From positions 1 to 64,000 of the forward strand of contig CAWJTV010000045.1 in NCBI GenBank assembly GCA_963845755.1: a stretch of 64,000 bases of DNA, written 5' to 3'. Within the stretch, counting starts at the first letter, position 1. Each line of letters begins with the position of its first letter. This document shows positions 20,974-32,745 of the stretch, piece after piece. The notes under the pieces are model-generated. The model was not told the DNA's origin, made no database searches, and saw nothing but the letters and a program-made list of their open reading frames with translations. The position numbers and the translations under genes were made by a program. This DNA comes from an uncultured Planctomycetota bacterium (lineage in GTDB: Bacteria > Planctomycetota > Planctomycetia > Isosphaerales > Isosphaeraceae).

Positions 20974-23900
20974 TCACGCCGATTCGTCGCCATTCTGATC
21001 CTGCTCCCAGCCGCCTTCGGGCAGTGGCGGACCCTCAGCGGCATCCTCGCCCGAGTGCCCATTCCCATGGCCGCCGCCTGCGCGACGTGCGAGCCGTTCG
21101 GCGACGTCCTTGGCGGACTCCCTGACGATCAACGTATAGATCACGGGGAGCACGAACAGCGTGGCGGGCTCCCCGGCCAGCAAGCCGCCGAGGATGGCGC
21201 GGGCCAGCGGAGCATTGGATTCGCTGCCGCGCTCGAGGGCCATGGCACCGGGGACAAGTGCGAAGAATGCCGCCAGGGCCGTCATCGTGATCGGCCGCAC
21301 GCGAACGGTTGCCGCCTTGCGGATCGCCTGGAACGGCGTTAGTCCCTCGTGACGGCGCAGCTCCTGGGCGTAATCGGTCATCAGCACCGAGTTGGCCACT
21401 TTGATTCCGACGATGAAGATGAAGCCCAGCAGCGATTGCACATTCACCGCCGAACCGGTCACGTAGAGCATGGGGATGATGCCGACGAGGCACAGCGGGA
21501 CGATCGACATGACCGAGAGCGGTACCACGAACGACTTGTCCAGCCCGACCATCAGGAAGTAGATCAACAGCGAGGCCAGCACCAGCCCATACGCCAGGCT
21601 GTTGAACGTGTCCTTCATGCGGAGATACTCACCGCTCAGGACGATCTTCGAGCCGGTCAGCAGGTAATGCTCGTTGCTGTCGGGTTGCCAGGTGGAGGCG
21701 CCTTTGGCCTTGGGCTGGCCCTTGGCCGCCAGGTCTCGGAGGTGCGTCGCGGTGTGATCGGGGTCCCAGGGATTCCACTGGCCGCCCTCCTTCTCGTCGG
21801 GCTGGCCGAACTTGTTGAGGACCTGGGTCACGTCGTCGGAGACGTGCCCCAGATCGCGCTTGGCCACGCCCATCGTCAGCTCGATCGTGGGCTGGATGTT
21901 GTAGTGCGTGACCTCGGTCGGCACGGGTAGCTTCTCGTAGGTTGCGACGACGCGGAGCGGGACTGGCGTCTTCTTGAAGCCGGGAAGCTGGCTGGTGATC
22001 GGGATGTCGAGCAGGGTGTCCATCGAGACGATATCCTTCTCGGGGTATTGGACACCCACAAAATACTGGTTCTTGTTCTTGGGATCGATCCAGAAGTTGT
22101 GCTTGTTGAACTGGATGCTCGAGGTGAACGCGGAGACGACGTTCTGCATGATGGCGGCCTGGGTCAAACCCAGCTCGGCTGCCTTCATACGGTCGATCTT
22201 GAGCAGGAACTGGGGATAGTTGAGTCGCTGGATGACCCGAGCGTCCACGACGCCCTTGATCTTCGTGACCTCGTTCTTGATCGACGTGGCAATCTCGTGT
22301 GCCACCTTCGAGTTCTTGCCAGTCACGCGGATGCTGATCGGCGTGGACTTCCCTTCGTTCATGGCCGCGCGGACCATGCCGCCGGCATCGAACGCGAACT
22401 CCAGATCGTCGAACCTCCGGTCCCCGGCAAACTTCTGCGCAGTATCGTGACGTATTCCTCGCCCGAACGCTTTCGTTCGCCGTGGAGCTGGATCTTGACC
22501 ACGGCGTCCATCGTTCCGGCGTTGGGGGTGTAAGCGGCCGACCAGTCGGGAGTCACTCCGATCTCCGAGAGGACCAGCTGCAAGTCCTCCTCGTCGATGA
22601 CCGTCCTGACGAATTTCTCGACCTCGGCGATCTTTTTCTCGGTCTCCTCGACACGAGTGCCGGGGTGGTGCGAACGTACATCTCGAACTGCGCCGGCATC
22701 AACCTCGGGGAAGAAGTCGCGGCGGATGATCGGCCAGAAGAAGAAGAGAGTCCCGACCAGCAGGCCGTAACCGATGACGATCGTCAAGAAGCGGTGGTGC
22801 AACACCGCATCGAGGGCGCGGGCGTAATAGCCGATGCCGGTATCGATCATCTGCTCCCATCGCGCGAAAGCCCGCTTGATCGGCCCGAAGAGCCCACCAG
22901 AGCGAGCGCTGCCATTGCCATTGATTGTGAACGTCTCGGGCTCGGCGGTGTTATGCCCCCGCCGGCCGCGCCCCCCCTCATGGCCCTCGCCGTGCCCGTG
23001 ACCCTCATGCGCCTTGAGCCAGTACGCCGAGCACGCCGGCACCAGCGTCCTCGACAGGAAGTAGGCCGCAATCATCGAGAACGCCACGGCCATTGCCATC
23101 GGCTTGAACAGGAATTGCCCCAGACCGGGCGTCATCACCAGAGGCGAGAGCACCAGGAAGGTGCAGAGCGTCGAGACTAACTCGGGCATCGCCACCTCAC
23201 TGGCACCCAGGAACGCCGCCTCATGGGTCGTCGCGCCCAGGCCCAGGTGCCGGTGGGTGTTCTCCAGGCAGATAATCGCACTATCGATCATCGGCCCGAT
23301 CGCCAGCGTCATCCCGGCCAGGGTCATTACGTTGATCGATTGTCCGAAGAAGTACAGCGCCGCGGATGAGGCCATGATCGAGATCGGCAGCGTCATGATC
23401 GCGATCGCTGTCATCCGGATCTGGCCCAGGAACATCAGGATCGTCAGCGAGCAGAGGATCGCCCCCAGCACCCCTTCCTGCACCAGGGCCTCGATCGATT
23501 TCCTCACATAGACCGACTGGTCCATGGCCAGCTTCAGATTGATCCCCGTCTTGGTCAGACGCCCCTCGAACTCCTTGAGGTGGTCCTTCAGGCTCTGCAC
23601 CACGGCCAACGTGCTGGCCCCGAGCTGGCGATATACGGGGATGTAGACTTCCTTCTTGCCATCGACCCGTACGATGTTGGTCTGGATGTAGTAGGCGTCC
23701 GCGGGCTTGGCGATGTCCCCCATGTAAAGCGTGTGTCCCGCCTCGTACCGCAAGGGAATGTCCGCCATATCGCTGATATTCTCATACATCGAATTGGAGT
23801 CGATGACGATGTCCTGCTTGCCGAACTTGCCGTCGGTGCTCGGCAAGAAGACGTTGGACTGGTCCAGTGCCTGCATCACGTCGATCGGCGACATGTTCCG

Positions 23901-24497
23901 CGCCTGCATCTTCTGCCGGTCCAGGTACATCAGCACGGTCCGCACCTTGCCGCCGAAGACCACGGGCGCCACGGCGCCCGGGATCCCCATGATGTGATTG
24001 CGGACCTCGTACCGTCCCAGGTCGTAAAGCACCGACTCGTCGTTCTTGGGGTCTTCGCTGTTGACGGCCACCACGCAGACCGGAGTCGTGGCGGTCGGGT
24101 CGAACGGCAGCACCACCGGTGGCAATGTACCCGGCGGCAGGTTCGGCACGACGCCCAGCGCCAATGAGTTGACCTGCGTCAACGCCCCGTTGGGATCCAC
24201 GTCGTCGAAGAAATAGTTGCGCACGATGCTGGCGCCGATGATCGACCGCGATTCCTGTCGCTTCGTCCCATTGGCCTGGCCGGTCCACCGCTCCATCCGA
24301 TTGGTGATATCGTTGGCGATGCTGTTGGCCGACATCCCGCCGTAGAACGTCAACGACTGGACGGCCGGGCTCTTGAACGTCGGTAGGATATCGAACGGAA
24401 TTCGACCCAGACTCACATAACCCATCACGATCATCGTTAGGGACATGACCGTGACCGCGTGGGGGTTGCCCAGAGATGCGCGTATCAATCCATTCAT
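20974..24497 (-). CDS. RND (AcrB/CusA-like) efflux transporter permease (frameshifts ~22420 and ~22670)
   Basis: INVMTLAGMTLAIGPMIDSAIICLEN, FFPEVDAG, RVRPITMTALAAFFALVP, APLARAILGGL. Confidence 0.92.
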
Positions 24498-25436
24498 GGA
24501 ATAAGCCCTTCAGTTCGAGGAAATGCCAGGCAGGGAGCCCAGTGGTGCAAGGCGGCGCGCACGCGGAAGTGGGCGCGACGGAGGAATGGCGTATTTCGCA
24601 GGCCGATTTCGAAATGATCCCTCGTCTAACAGCGCAGCGGATGAGTCACGGCTGAAGACATGCCCTCCGGGCAGGTTGACCGCCGAAAGAACGCGGCGGA
24701 GCGATCGCGAGATCGTCGAACCTTGTCCGTTCGAACCGTCGCTGCGGGCCCACGCGAGCATGCAATACACACTCGTGCATGAATGCTCCGCGAACTCACC
24801 AATCGGACCCTCTGTTGCTTGCGGTGGAGGTAGGAAGACGGACCGGGAGGTCGATCGAATGATGGGGACGAGGCGCAAGGAGTGCGCTCTGGCGGCTTGC
24901 AGATGCAGAGCCCCAGAAAGATCAAGATCGCCGCTCGGTGAGGAGGCGGGCGCATCGATAGGACCGGAATGTTCATCAAGGGAAGGACAAAACCAAAACT
25001 CCTGTTCCATGCTAGCCCTCTTTAGCGTGGTGTCAACCTGGACCTGGCCGTCAAATTCTGAACAGTTGTTTCAATCCCGGCCACGGCGACTCCCCGCGAT
25101 CCGAAAGGCGAGAAACGGGCGCAAGGCGTATCTCGCATTGGGACCGGTGTCGTTGTTCCGGTGAGTCGCGCAGGCGACGCACTCCGGTGCCGGCAGTCTG
25201 CAAGAAATTGCCGATTTGACCGTTAGAGCCCACCTTTCCGGTTCAACTCACATTCTCGTCAAGTCGCCTCAAGTCTTCTGACGATTGAGAACATTGACCG
25301 TTAATTCGGGATCGGTGTGTGCTGCTCGATCCTCCATCGCTGGAAGCCGGCTCCGGCCGGACCAGCGCTCGAACGGCTACGAGATGCTCGATGACAAAGC
25401 GGTGGAACCGCGTTCGGTTCAGGCACGGAGGTTCCG

Positions 25437-27236
25437 GTGGAGAGGATCAAGAAGGTCGGCGCGGCGCCCGGGTGGGTGATTCTGACGGTCTGGTGGCTCT
25501 CTTCCGCGATGGTTTGGCGGCAAACCGACCGGCCGCCTCGGACCCAAGGCCAACCACCGGGGCTCCTCGACGCTCTCCCCGATCGTGTCCAGGCCCGTCG
25601 CTCCGGGGTTGACACCGGTAGTATTGTGACCCCGCCACGCACTCCGCCCTCGATCCTGGCCTCCGAAGTTCGACCCATCGACCTCGCGACGGCTCTTCGC
25701 CTCGCCAACGTTCAGAATCCCGAGCTCAATGTCGCGCGAACCCGAATCCTCGAGTCGGTCGCGCTGCGACAGCTTGCCGCGGCTTACTTCCTACCCTCCA
25801 TCAATCCCGGCGTAAGCTATGACTCGCACACCGGCGTGCTCCAACAATCCAACGGCAACATGCTGTCGCTCAACCGATCGTCGCTGTTCGTCGGTGCAGG
25901 TTCCAACGCGGTCGCGGCGGGTACGGTGAGTATTCCGGGCGTCTACTACTTCGGGAATCCCGGGGTGGGGATCTACGGCTATCTCGCCAGCAGGCAGGTC
26001 GTGCGGCAGCGTGAGAGCCAGTCGATAGCGATCCGCAACCAGATGTTGCTCCAGGTCGGGGTCGGGTACAGCGAGCTGTTGCGGGCCGAAGGCCTGCGGG
26101 CGGCGCGGATTCAGGCGCGCGACGAGGCGAGGGAGATCGCGCGAGTCACGGCGGAGTTCGCCCGGAGCGGTGAGGGTCGAGTGGCCGACGCCAATCGAGC
26201 CGCGACGGTCCTGGCGACCTGGGAGGCTTCGATCCAGGCGTCGGAGGCCGAAATCCTCACGTCTTCGGCGCGGCTCTGCCAGATCCTCAACCTGGATCCC
26301 TCGATCCGCCTGCACCCGACCGACGCGGTCCTGGTACCCCAGCCGATCGTACCGGATCCCATGCCACTGGCCGAACTGATTGCGCTGGGACTGCTGCGAC
26401 GGCCCGAACTGGCAGCCCAGCGGGCGGCCATCGAGGCGGCCTTCCTGACCCTCGGTGGGATGAAGATCATGCCATTCTCGCCCACCGTCCTGCTGGGGTT
26501 CAGTGCTGGCGGTGAAGGTGGCGGTAGCAACCTGGTCCGCCCGATCTTCGGCGGCTTCGCGGGCCGCGAAGACATTGACGCGGTCGTCTATTGGACGATC
26601 CAGAACCTCGGACTCGGAAACGTGGCCATGATTCGCGGGGCGGATGCTCGACTTCGGATCAACCAGTTCGAGCAGGTTGAGCTCCTCAACATGGTCCGCG
26701 CCGAAGTGGCCGAGGCCTATGCGCGCAGCCACGCCCGCTACGCCCAGATCGGCACGTACGAGGATGCGGTCCGATCCGGCTACCTGTCGTTCCATCAGGA
26801 TCTGGACCGCACTCGCCTCGGGGTCGGAGCGATGGGGGTCGGCCCCCGCGACGTGTTACCGATCGAGCTGTTGAATAGCTTCGAGCTCCTCGCCGACGCC
26901 CGGCTGGATTACATCGACGCAATCATCGATTACAACGAGGCCCAGTTCTCCATGTATGTTGCGCTGGGACAACCACCCGCCGACGCCCTGGCCCATCCGG
27001 TGCCTGCGGAGGGGGTCGCTCCCCACGATTTGCCTCCGGGAACGATCCCACCCGGCACGATCTCGCCGTTACCGATCCCTGCTACGCCCGAAGCCAGCCA
27101 GCGACCGCCCCGGATCTCGCGCACTCCGGCCCCGGCCGATCCGAAGGGCCGCGACGCGGTCCGGCCCGTGAGTCTCCATCCGTCCATACCACCGCCGGTG
27201 GATTTCACGAATCGATCCCAGCCGGCGGGCCAGTGA
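25437..27236 (+). CDS. TolC-family outer membrane efflux protein (start uncertain)
   Basis: PIDLATALRLANVQNPEL, coiled-coil helices, RRPELAAQRA, YNEAQFSMYVALG. Confidence 0.8.
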   Translation: MERIKKVGAAPGWVILTVWWLSSAMVWRQTDRPPRTQGQPPGLLDALPDRVQARRSGVDTGSIVTPPRTPPSILASEVRPIDLATALRLANVQNPELNVARTRILESVALRQLAAAYFLPSINPGVSYDSHTGVLQQSNGNMLSLNRSSLFVGAGSNAVAAGTVSIPGVYYFGNPGVGIYGYLASRQVVRQRESQSIAIRNQMLLQVGVGYSELLRAEGLRAARIQARDEAREIARVTAEFARSGEGRVADANRAATVLATWEASIQASEAEILTSSARLCQILNLDPSIRLHPTDAVLVPQPIVPDPMPLAELIALGLLRRPELAAQRAAIEAAFLTLGGMKIMPFSPTVLLGFSAGGEGGGSNLVRPIFGGFAGREDIDAVVYWTIQNLGLGNVAMIRGADARLRINQFEQVELLNMVRAEVAEAYARSHARYAQIGTYEDAVRSGYLSFHQDLDRTRLGVGAMGVGPRDVLPIELLNSFELLADARLDYIDAIIDYNEAQFSMYVALGQPPADALAHPVPAEGVAPHDLPPGTIPPGTISPLPIPATPEASQRPPRISRTPAPADPKGRDAVRPVSLHPSIPPPVDFTNRSQPAGQ

Positions 27237-27275
27237 AGTCCGGGTTGCTCCCCTCAACTGAAAGGGCGCCTTTCC

Positions 27276-29147
27276 ATGCGATCTCCGCATGTTGATGCCG
27301 ACGCACCCGGAAGCCGGATTCGCTCGCGACTCACGCAACTCCGGGTGCTCGCCTTGCTTGGCCTGGTCTCTGGCTGTGTCGTGCAACAGACGCCGCGAGT
27401 GGTCCAGGACGAGATTGCGCCGGCCGCGATCGGCCCCGCACTGGCGCATCCTCCGGCCGCGTCATCAACCTCGTCTCCTCCATCCGACCAACAACGTCCC
27501 GGCACGGCGCCGACCTTCGAGGCCCCGACGCCGAGGACTGGTCCAGCCCCATCGGTGTCGGCGGTTCCCGCTTCGGCGCCGCCGGCCGCCGTCGGAACTC
27601 GGCCGGTCGCTAGCTCATCGAGGCCCTCGGACGTAGACGACCGGAGAGTCCTCCTCGCCTCGGCTCTCCCGGCTGCGGGGTCCCAGCCCGTCCAGCCTCC
27701 ACCCTCAACCAGGGGAGATCTTGAAGCGAGAAACCTTCGGGAACTCGACCCGAAAACCGCCACGAAAGTACCGGCCCCCCTCGTGATACCACCTCCATCC
27801 GGTGAGTATCCCATCGATCTGGCGACGGCCTTGCGACTGGCGGATGTCGCCAACCCGACCATCGGCAAGGCGCGGACCTCGGTCCTCGAAGCCCTGGCAC
27901 AACAACTCACGGCCAGGACCCTCCTGGTTCCCTCGCTCAACGGCGGCGTCGGCTACCACGGGCAAAACGGCGTCCTCCAGCGCTCATCGGGCAAGATGCT
28001 GCTGATCTCCGAGCAATCCCTCTATCTCGGCGGCGGAGCCTTCACCGTGGCGGCGGAGACCCTGCGCATACCCATGGTGAATATCCTCTCCCCGATCACC
28101 GACGCCTGGTTCGAGCCCCTGGCCGCCCGGCAACGCGTCGCCGCGCGGCGATTCCTCGTCAAGGCCACGGAGAACCAGATCCTGATGGAAGTGGCGGTCC
28201 TCCAGTTGGAATTGATCCGCCACTATACTCTCCTGGAAACGCATCGCCTGTCGGAATCCCAGGCCTACCAGATCGTTCAGGCTGTCGGCCAGTACGCGGT
28301 CACTGGTCAAGGCCGGCAGGCGGACTACGATCGGGCCAAGGCCGAATGGAGATACCGGCGCGCGGACGTCATCGAGGCCGAGCAAGGGATGGCGGTTGCG
28401 GTGGCCCGCCTCGCCCAGCGCCTGAATCTCGACCCCTCGATCCGGCTTCATCCGGCTGGCGGCCCGGTCGTGCCGCTCAACCTGGTGAACATCGATACGC
28501 CCCCGGAGATGCTCATCCAGACGGCGCTGCGTCAGCGGCCCGATCTGGCGGCGCGGAGTGCCGAGATCGGCGAGGCGGAAGCTCACGTCAAGCAGGAGAT
28601 CGGGCGGCCGTTCCTGCCGACGCTCTGGGTGGGCTTCAGCGCCGGGGCCTTCGGCGGCGGCAGCAACCTCGATCCCCCGCTCCTGGCGCATTTCGGAGGC
28701 CGCACCGACCTCGATGTCCGGCTCTACTGGACGTTATTGAACCTGGGGGCCGGCAATATGGCCCTGATCCGGCAACGCCAGGCGCAAGTCGGCGTGGCCG
28801 TCGCCGAGCAAGCCCGCACCGTCAACCTGGCTCGGAACGAGATCATCGCCGCTCAGGCCGACGCCAAGTCCGCGCGCAACCAGATTGAGGTCGCTCGCCG
28901 CGAATTGCTCTCCGCGCACGAAGGTTTCCACGAGGACCTGACCCGCCAGCGGGGTGGCCTCGGACGGCCGATCGAGGTCATCAACAGCCTGAACCTCCTC
29001 GCCGACGCCCGCGCGAACCTCATCGACGCCTTGATTCACTTCGACCAGGCCCAGTTCCGCCTCTGGGTCGCGCTCGGTTCTCCACCACCGCTCGTCGAGA
29101 CCTCCGCCCCGGGTCCGCAACCGATCCCGGATTACCTGGTGCCCTGA
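27276..29147 (+). CDS. TolC-family outer membrane efflux lipoprotein, paralogue of the upstream gene
   Basis: Lipobox-like LVSGC, Pro-rich linker, PIDLATALRLADVANP, RPDLAARSA, FDQAQFRLWVALG. Confidence 0.8.
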   Translation: MRSPHVDADAPGSRIRSRLTQLRVLALLGLVSGCVVQQTPRVVQDEIAPAAIGPALAHPPAASSTSSPPSDQQRPGTAPTFEAPTPRTGPAPSVSAVPASAPPAAVGTRPVASSSRPSDVDDRRVLLASALPAAGSQPVQPPPSTRGDLEARNLRELDPKTATKVPAPLVIPPPSGEYPIDLATALRLADVANPTIGKARTSVLEALAQQLTARTLLVPSLNGGVGYHGQNGVLQRSSGKMLLISEQSLYLGGGAFTVAAETLRIPMVNILSPITDAWFEPLAARQRVAARRFLVKATENQILMEVAVLQLELIRHYTLLETHRLSESQAYQIVQAVGQYAVTGQGRQADYDRAKAEWRYRRADVIEAEQGMAVAVARLAQRLNLDPSIRLHPAGGPVVPLNLVNIDTPPEMLIQTALRQRPDLAARSAEIGEAEAHVKQEIGRPFLPTLWVGFSAGAFGGGSNLDPPLLAHFGGRTDLDVRLYWTLLNLGAGNMALIRQRQAQVGVAVAEQARTVNLARNEIIAAQADAKSARNQIEVARRELLSAHEGFHEDLTRQRGGLGRPIEVINSLNLLADARANLIDALIHFDQAQFRLWVALGSPPPLVETSAPGPQPIPDYLVP

Positions 29148-29201
29148 TGACGATCGGCTCTGTCTGCCATTCACCAACTGTCTCGAATTATGGTCGCCCG
29201 T

Positions 29202-30583
29202 TCATCGGGGTTTGGGCGGATCAGGGGGAGCAGGTGGAGGCGTCGCCGGAGCGGGTTTGGGCTCGACCATTGGCGCCTCCTTGCTCAGGTCCACTCCCGC
29301 CTCGACAAGGAACTGCTCCGCTTCCAGGCGGTAATATTTCGCCGTCAGCGTCGCTGCCGACGTGGTTTGTCCGGCCAGGAACATCTGGCCAAGGCGTCGC
29401 TCGATGATCAGCATGCGATGCCGGTGCTCGCGGACAGCGGCAAGCCGTTCAGCCGGCGTATCCGCCAGGCTGAGGCGTGCTTCCATCAGCCTACGGGACC
29501 AGGGCGTTACTTCGTCGAAGCCGATCTGCCCTTCCTGAAATAAACGCTCTTGTTCTCGAAGGATCTGACGGGCGGTCTGGATGGCGCCTCCAGGAGTGCC
29601 CGTCGTGCCGGTTCGTTCACTGGCCGGAGCGGTTGGCGCCTCGCGTCCTGCGCGGTGAGAGAACCGGAGACCGGTTTCGCCGGCGTGACTGGCGGCTCTC
29701 CGCCCGGCCTGAGCTGGGCCAGTGCGAGCGCGCCGATCGCGCCTCCTCCGATCGCCAGCAGAGCGATGGAGAGGACCATTAATCGAGAGTACCACATCGT
29801 CTTCATCCCTCCTTCCATCAGGACGAGAACCGAAGCCGGGACCACCCCGGCTACTGTCGAGCCGGCGGCGAGACGCTGTCCGATTCGAACCGCCGCCTCG
29901 GCCAGTGCCACTGGCACCGGTCCGCTGGTGGTGGAGCCGCCGAGTGCCGAAGCCATCACGCCCTCCGAGGAGGAGAATCCCCGGCGTTCCAGACGGCGTC
30001 TCAGATGTTCTCGGCCCGTTGACAGCCGGCTGCGGACCGTTCCGACCGGGCACCGCAGTCGTTCTGCGGCTTGCTCGTGGGTGAGGCCGTCCAGGTAGCA
30101 CAGCACGACGGGTGCGCGCAGTCGTTCCGGCAATCGGTTCAACTCGTCGTGGAGAATCGGGACCAGGTCGTCCGGTTCGATGCCCTCCCTCACGAGGTCC
30201 GACTGCTCGGCCGCTCTCCGCTCGTGAGTCCGACGTCGGGCCGCGGCGGCCCGGCTACACGTTAACGTACGGTAGGCGACGCCGTGGAGCCAGGGACCCA
30301 GCGAGTCGCGCACCCACAAAGACCTCGCCTTGCGGGCCAGGACGAGAAACGTCGCCTGGAATGCATCCTGGGCCGCGTGCTCATCGCGCAGGACCACTCG
30401 GCAAACCCGGAGCACCATCGCACCATGCCGCTCAACCAGGGCCGCGAAGGCCGACTCCGCCGATTCGCCGCCCCCGGACCCATAGCGCTCCAGCAACTCC
30501 CGATCCGTCAAATCGCCGACGACGCCTTCATCCAGCAGCGCGTGGACGCTCCGGAGAACATTTCCCCATCCACCCTTCGTCAT
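29202..30583 (-). CDS. ECF sigma factor with TM helix and C-terminal extension, planctomycete type (frameshift ~29570)
   Basis: LTDRELLERY, AFAALVERHGAMVLRVCR, DAFQATFLVL, LPERLRAPVVLCYLDG, GTVRSRL; hydrophobic TM stretch. Confidence 0.88.
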
Positions 30584-30744
30584 GAACGAAATCCTGTTGA
30601 ATCTCCTGATCTCCACCGAGTAATGTCACGGGAAAGGTTGACCAATCGCATTTTCCGATTATTTTGCCCGATCGGGAATCCGGCATCGTCTTTCGGCGGG
30701 CGCGGGTCGCGATGGTGAGGCACGGCGAGGCGGGGGATTGCGGC

Positions 30745-32625
30745 ATGTCGAGCGGAGAACAGCTCGAGGGAGACCTGCCAGCCCGCGGTCTACCGGAGAG
30801 CCAGACGCTATCTATCGGAGATTACCGGATCCTCGAAAAGCTGGGCGCGGGCAGCATGGGAATGGTGTTCCGGGCCCAACATCGACGGCTCGGCCGGGTC
30901 GTGGCGTTAAGAATCCTCCCGCCGTCCTTCGCCCGCGACCCTACGGCCATCCCGCGGTTCAAGAGCGGGATCGAGGCCGCCGCCCGGGTGAATCACCCGA
31001 ACCTCGTCGCAATACTCGAGGCCGCCGAGGATCGTGGCGTCCTTTTCCTTGTCGTGGAGTACGTCGATGGTCTGGACCTGGATGGTGTCGTCCGCCTGCG
31101 CGGGCCGCTACGAGTCGGTGAGGCGATCGACTTTCTAATCCAGGCGGCGCGGGGGCTGGAAGCGGCACATGCGGGGGGCATCTTCCACGGGGACATCAGG
31201 CCGTCGAACCTCATGCTTGACGACGGCGGGGTCGTCCGCGTGCTCGACCTGGGGCTGGCTCCCATCGAGGAACCGAAACAGGCTGACCCCCGCGCGGACA
31301 TCTACGGTCTAGGCTGCACTCTGTACCTCCTGCTGACCGGCCGAGAGCCCTTCGTGGCGGATACCGGACCAGAACGAACGAGCGCGCATCAGGAGCGGCC
31401 GGCACCGCCTCTCCGGGCGATCCGTCCTGACGTGCCTTCGACGCTGGAAGCCGTGTGCCGGAAAATGATGGCGAGGCAACAGGACGACCGGCCTGGGTCA
31501 ATGACCGAGGTCATTGCTCTTCTCGAGTCCTGCAGGTCCTCAACGACTGAATCGCTCCTGCCGACCGACGAATCTCAAGCCGCGTCGGCCCGCTCGAAGG
31601 ACATCGACGAATCGGCGTTGACGCGTGTGGCGCCAAGAGAATCGGGCCGGGACTCCTCGATCTTTGCCCGGCTCGACGGTCCCAGCAACGTCCCGGTCGG
31701 CTCCGACCTCGACCTTGAAGAACTGGTCCTGGACATGCGTCGGGAGATCCCTCCTCCTACGTTGTCGGAGCCGACGGTCAAGAAATCGGCGCACCAGCCT
31801 ACGCGGCCCGAGCGGATGCGGACGGAATCGGTTCACCGACTGAATCGGCCGACGATCCTCGTCACGATAGCGGCGGCAGTCGCTCTGGGTGCGGTGTTCC
31901 TCCGTTTCATCCTATCGTCAAGACCCACCATAACCGTGCATGACAAACCCTTGAACGAGATACCCGTTGGGAAGCGCGGCCGGACCGACAATGGCGGCCA
32001 GCCCAAGAACCTTGAAGCACTCTCCATCCCCCAGCACAAGCTCATCGTCCGGACGATCTTTGATGGCAAGACGGGTCGGGGCTGGATGCTCACTTCGCGA
32101 AAGCCAATTCCCGCGAAAAGCATCGAGCACGACGGCCTGAATCCCCATCGGACCGATAGCTACCTACTCGTGTACGAACGAAAGCTGGCTGACTTCGTGC
32201 TCGACTGCGACTACAAGCTGAGCAAGGGGGCGAAGTCAGGGGTGTTCGTCCGCGTCGGCGACTTGAACGATCCGGTCAACTCCGGGATCAAGGTCGCCCT
32301 CGACGACTCGACCGGATCGGGGACCGGGGATTCCGGGGCGTTTTATGACCTGGTCCCCCCAATCAAGAATGCGCAGAGGCCCGCCGGGGAGTGGAACCAT
32401 CTGACGATCACCGCCGAGGGACCGGTTCTGGCGGTGTCGCTCAATGGCACGGAGGTCTCGCGGATCGATCTCGATGAATGGTCGGTGCCGGGGAAGCGGC
32501 CGGACGGGACGGATCACCAGTTCAAGAGCATCGCCATCGCCAACCTGCCCCGGAGTGGTTATCTCGGGTTCCAGAATCTCAAGGGTGATTGCTGGTTCAG
32601 GAGTATCCAGGCGAAGAGCCCGTGA
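30745..32625 (+). CDS. Ser/Thr kinase-like (probable pseudokinase) domain + TM + DUF1080 (3-keto-disaccharide hydrolase-like) domain
   Basis: YRILEKLGAGSMG, HPNLV, HGDIRPSN, ADIYGLGCTLY; C-terminal IFDGKT..GW, DFVLDCDYK, GEWNHLTI, GYLGFQ. Confidence 0.85.
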   Translation: MSSGEQLEGDLPARGLPESQTLSIGDYRILEKLGAGSMGMVFRAQHRRLGRVVALRILPPSFARDPTAIPRFKSGIEAAARVNHPNLVAILEAAEDRGVLFLVVEYVDGLDLDGVVRLRGPLRVGEAIDFLIQAARGLEAAHAGGIFHGDIRPSNLMLDDGGVVRVLDLGLAPIEEPKQADPRADIYGLGCTLYLLLTGREPFVADTGPERTSAHQERPAPPLRAIRPDVPSTLEAVCRKMMARQQDDRPGSMTEVIALLESCRSSTTESLLPTDESQAASARSKDIDESALTRVAPRESGRDSSIFARLDGPSNVPVGSDLDLEELVLDMRREIPPPTLSEPTVKKSAHQPTRPERMRTESVHRLNRPTILVTIAAAVALGAVFLRFILSSRPTITVHDKPLNEIPVGKRGRTDNGGQPKNLEALSIPQHKLIVRTIFDGKTGRGWMLTSRKPIPAKSIEHDGLNPHRTDSYLLVYERKLADFVLDCDYKLSKGAKSGVFVRVGDLNDPVNSGIKVALDDSTGSGTGDSGAFYDLVPPIKNAQRPAGEWNHLTITAEGPVLAVSLNGTEVSRIDLDEWSVPGKRPDGTDHQFKSIAIANLPRSGYLGFQNLKGDCWFRSIQAKSP

Positions 32626-32745
32626 GATCCCTCGAACTCGTCAGGGAACAGGCGTCGTGGGTAACCAGCTCCGACACTTGCGCCGTCGTCGCCGCGAAGC
32701 GAAGGTCGGGCCGTCCCAGGTGAAGCCCGGGATCGGCCCTGGGCC

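Noticed and set aside
24510..25430. ORFs in the RND-TolC intergenic region
   Set aside because: Ser/Arg/Pro-rich translations on both strands with no recognisable family or RBS support.
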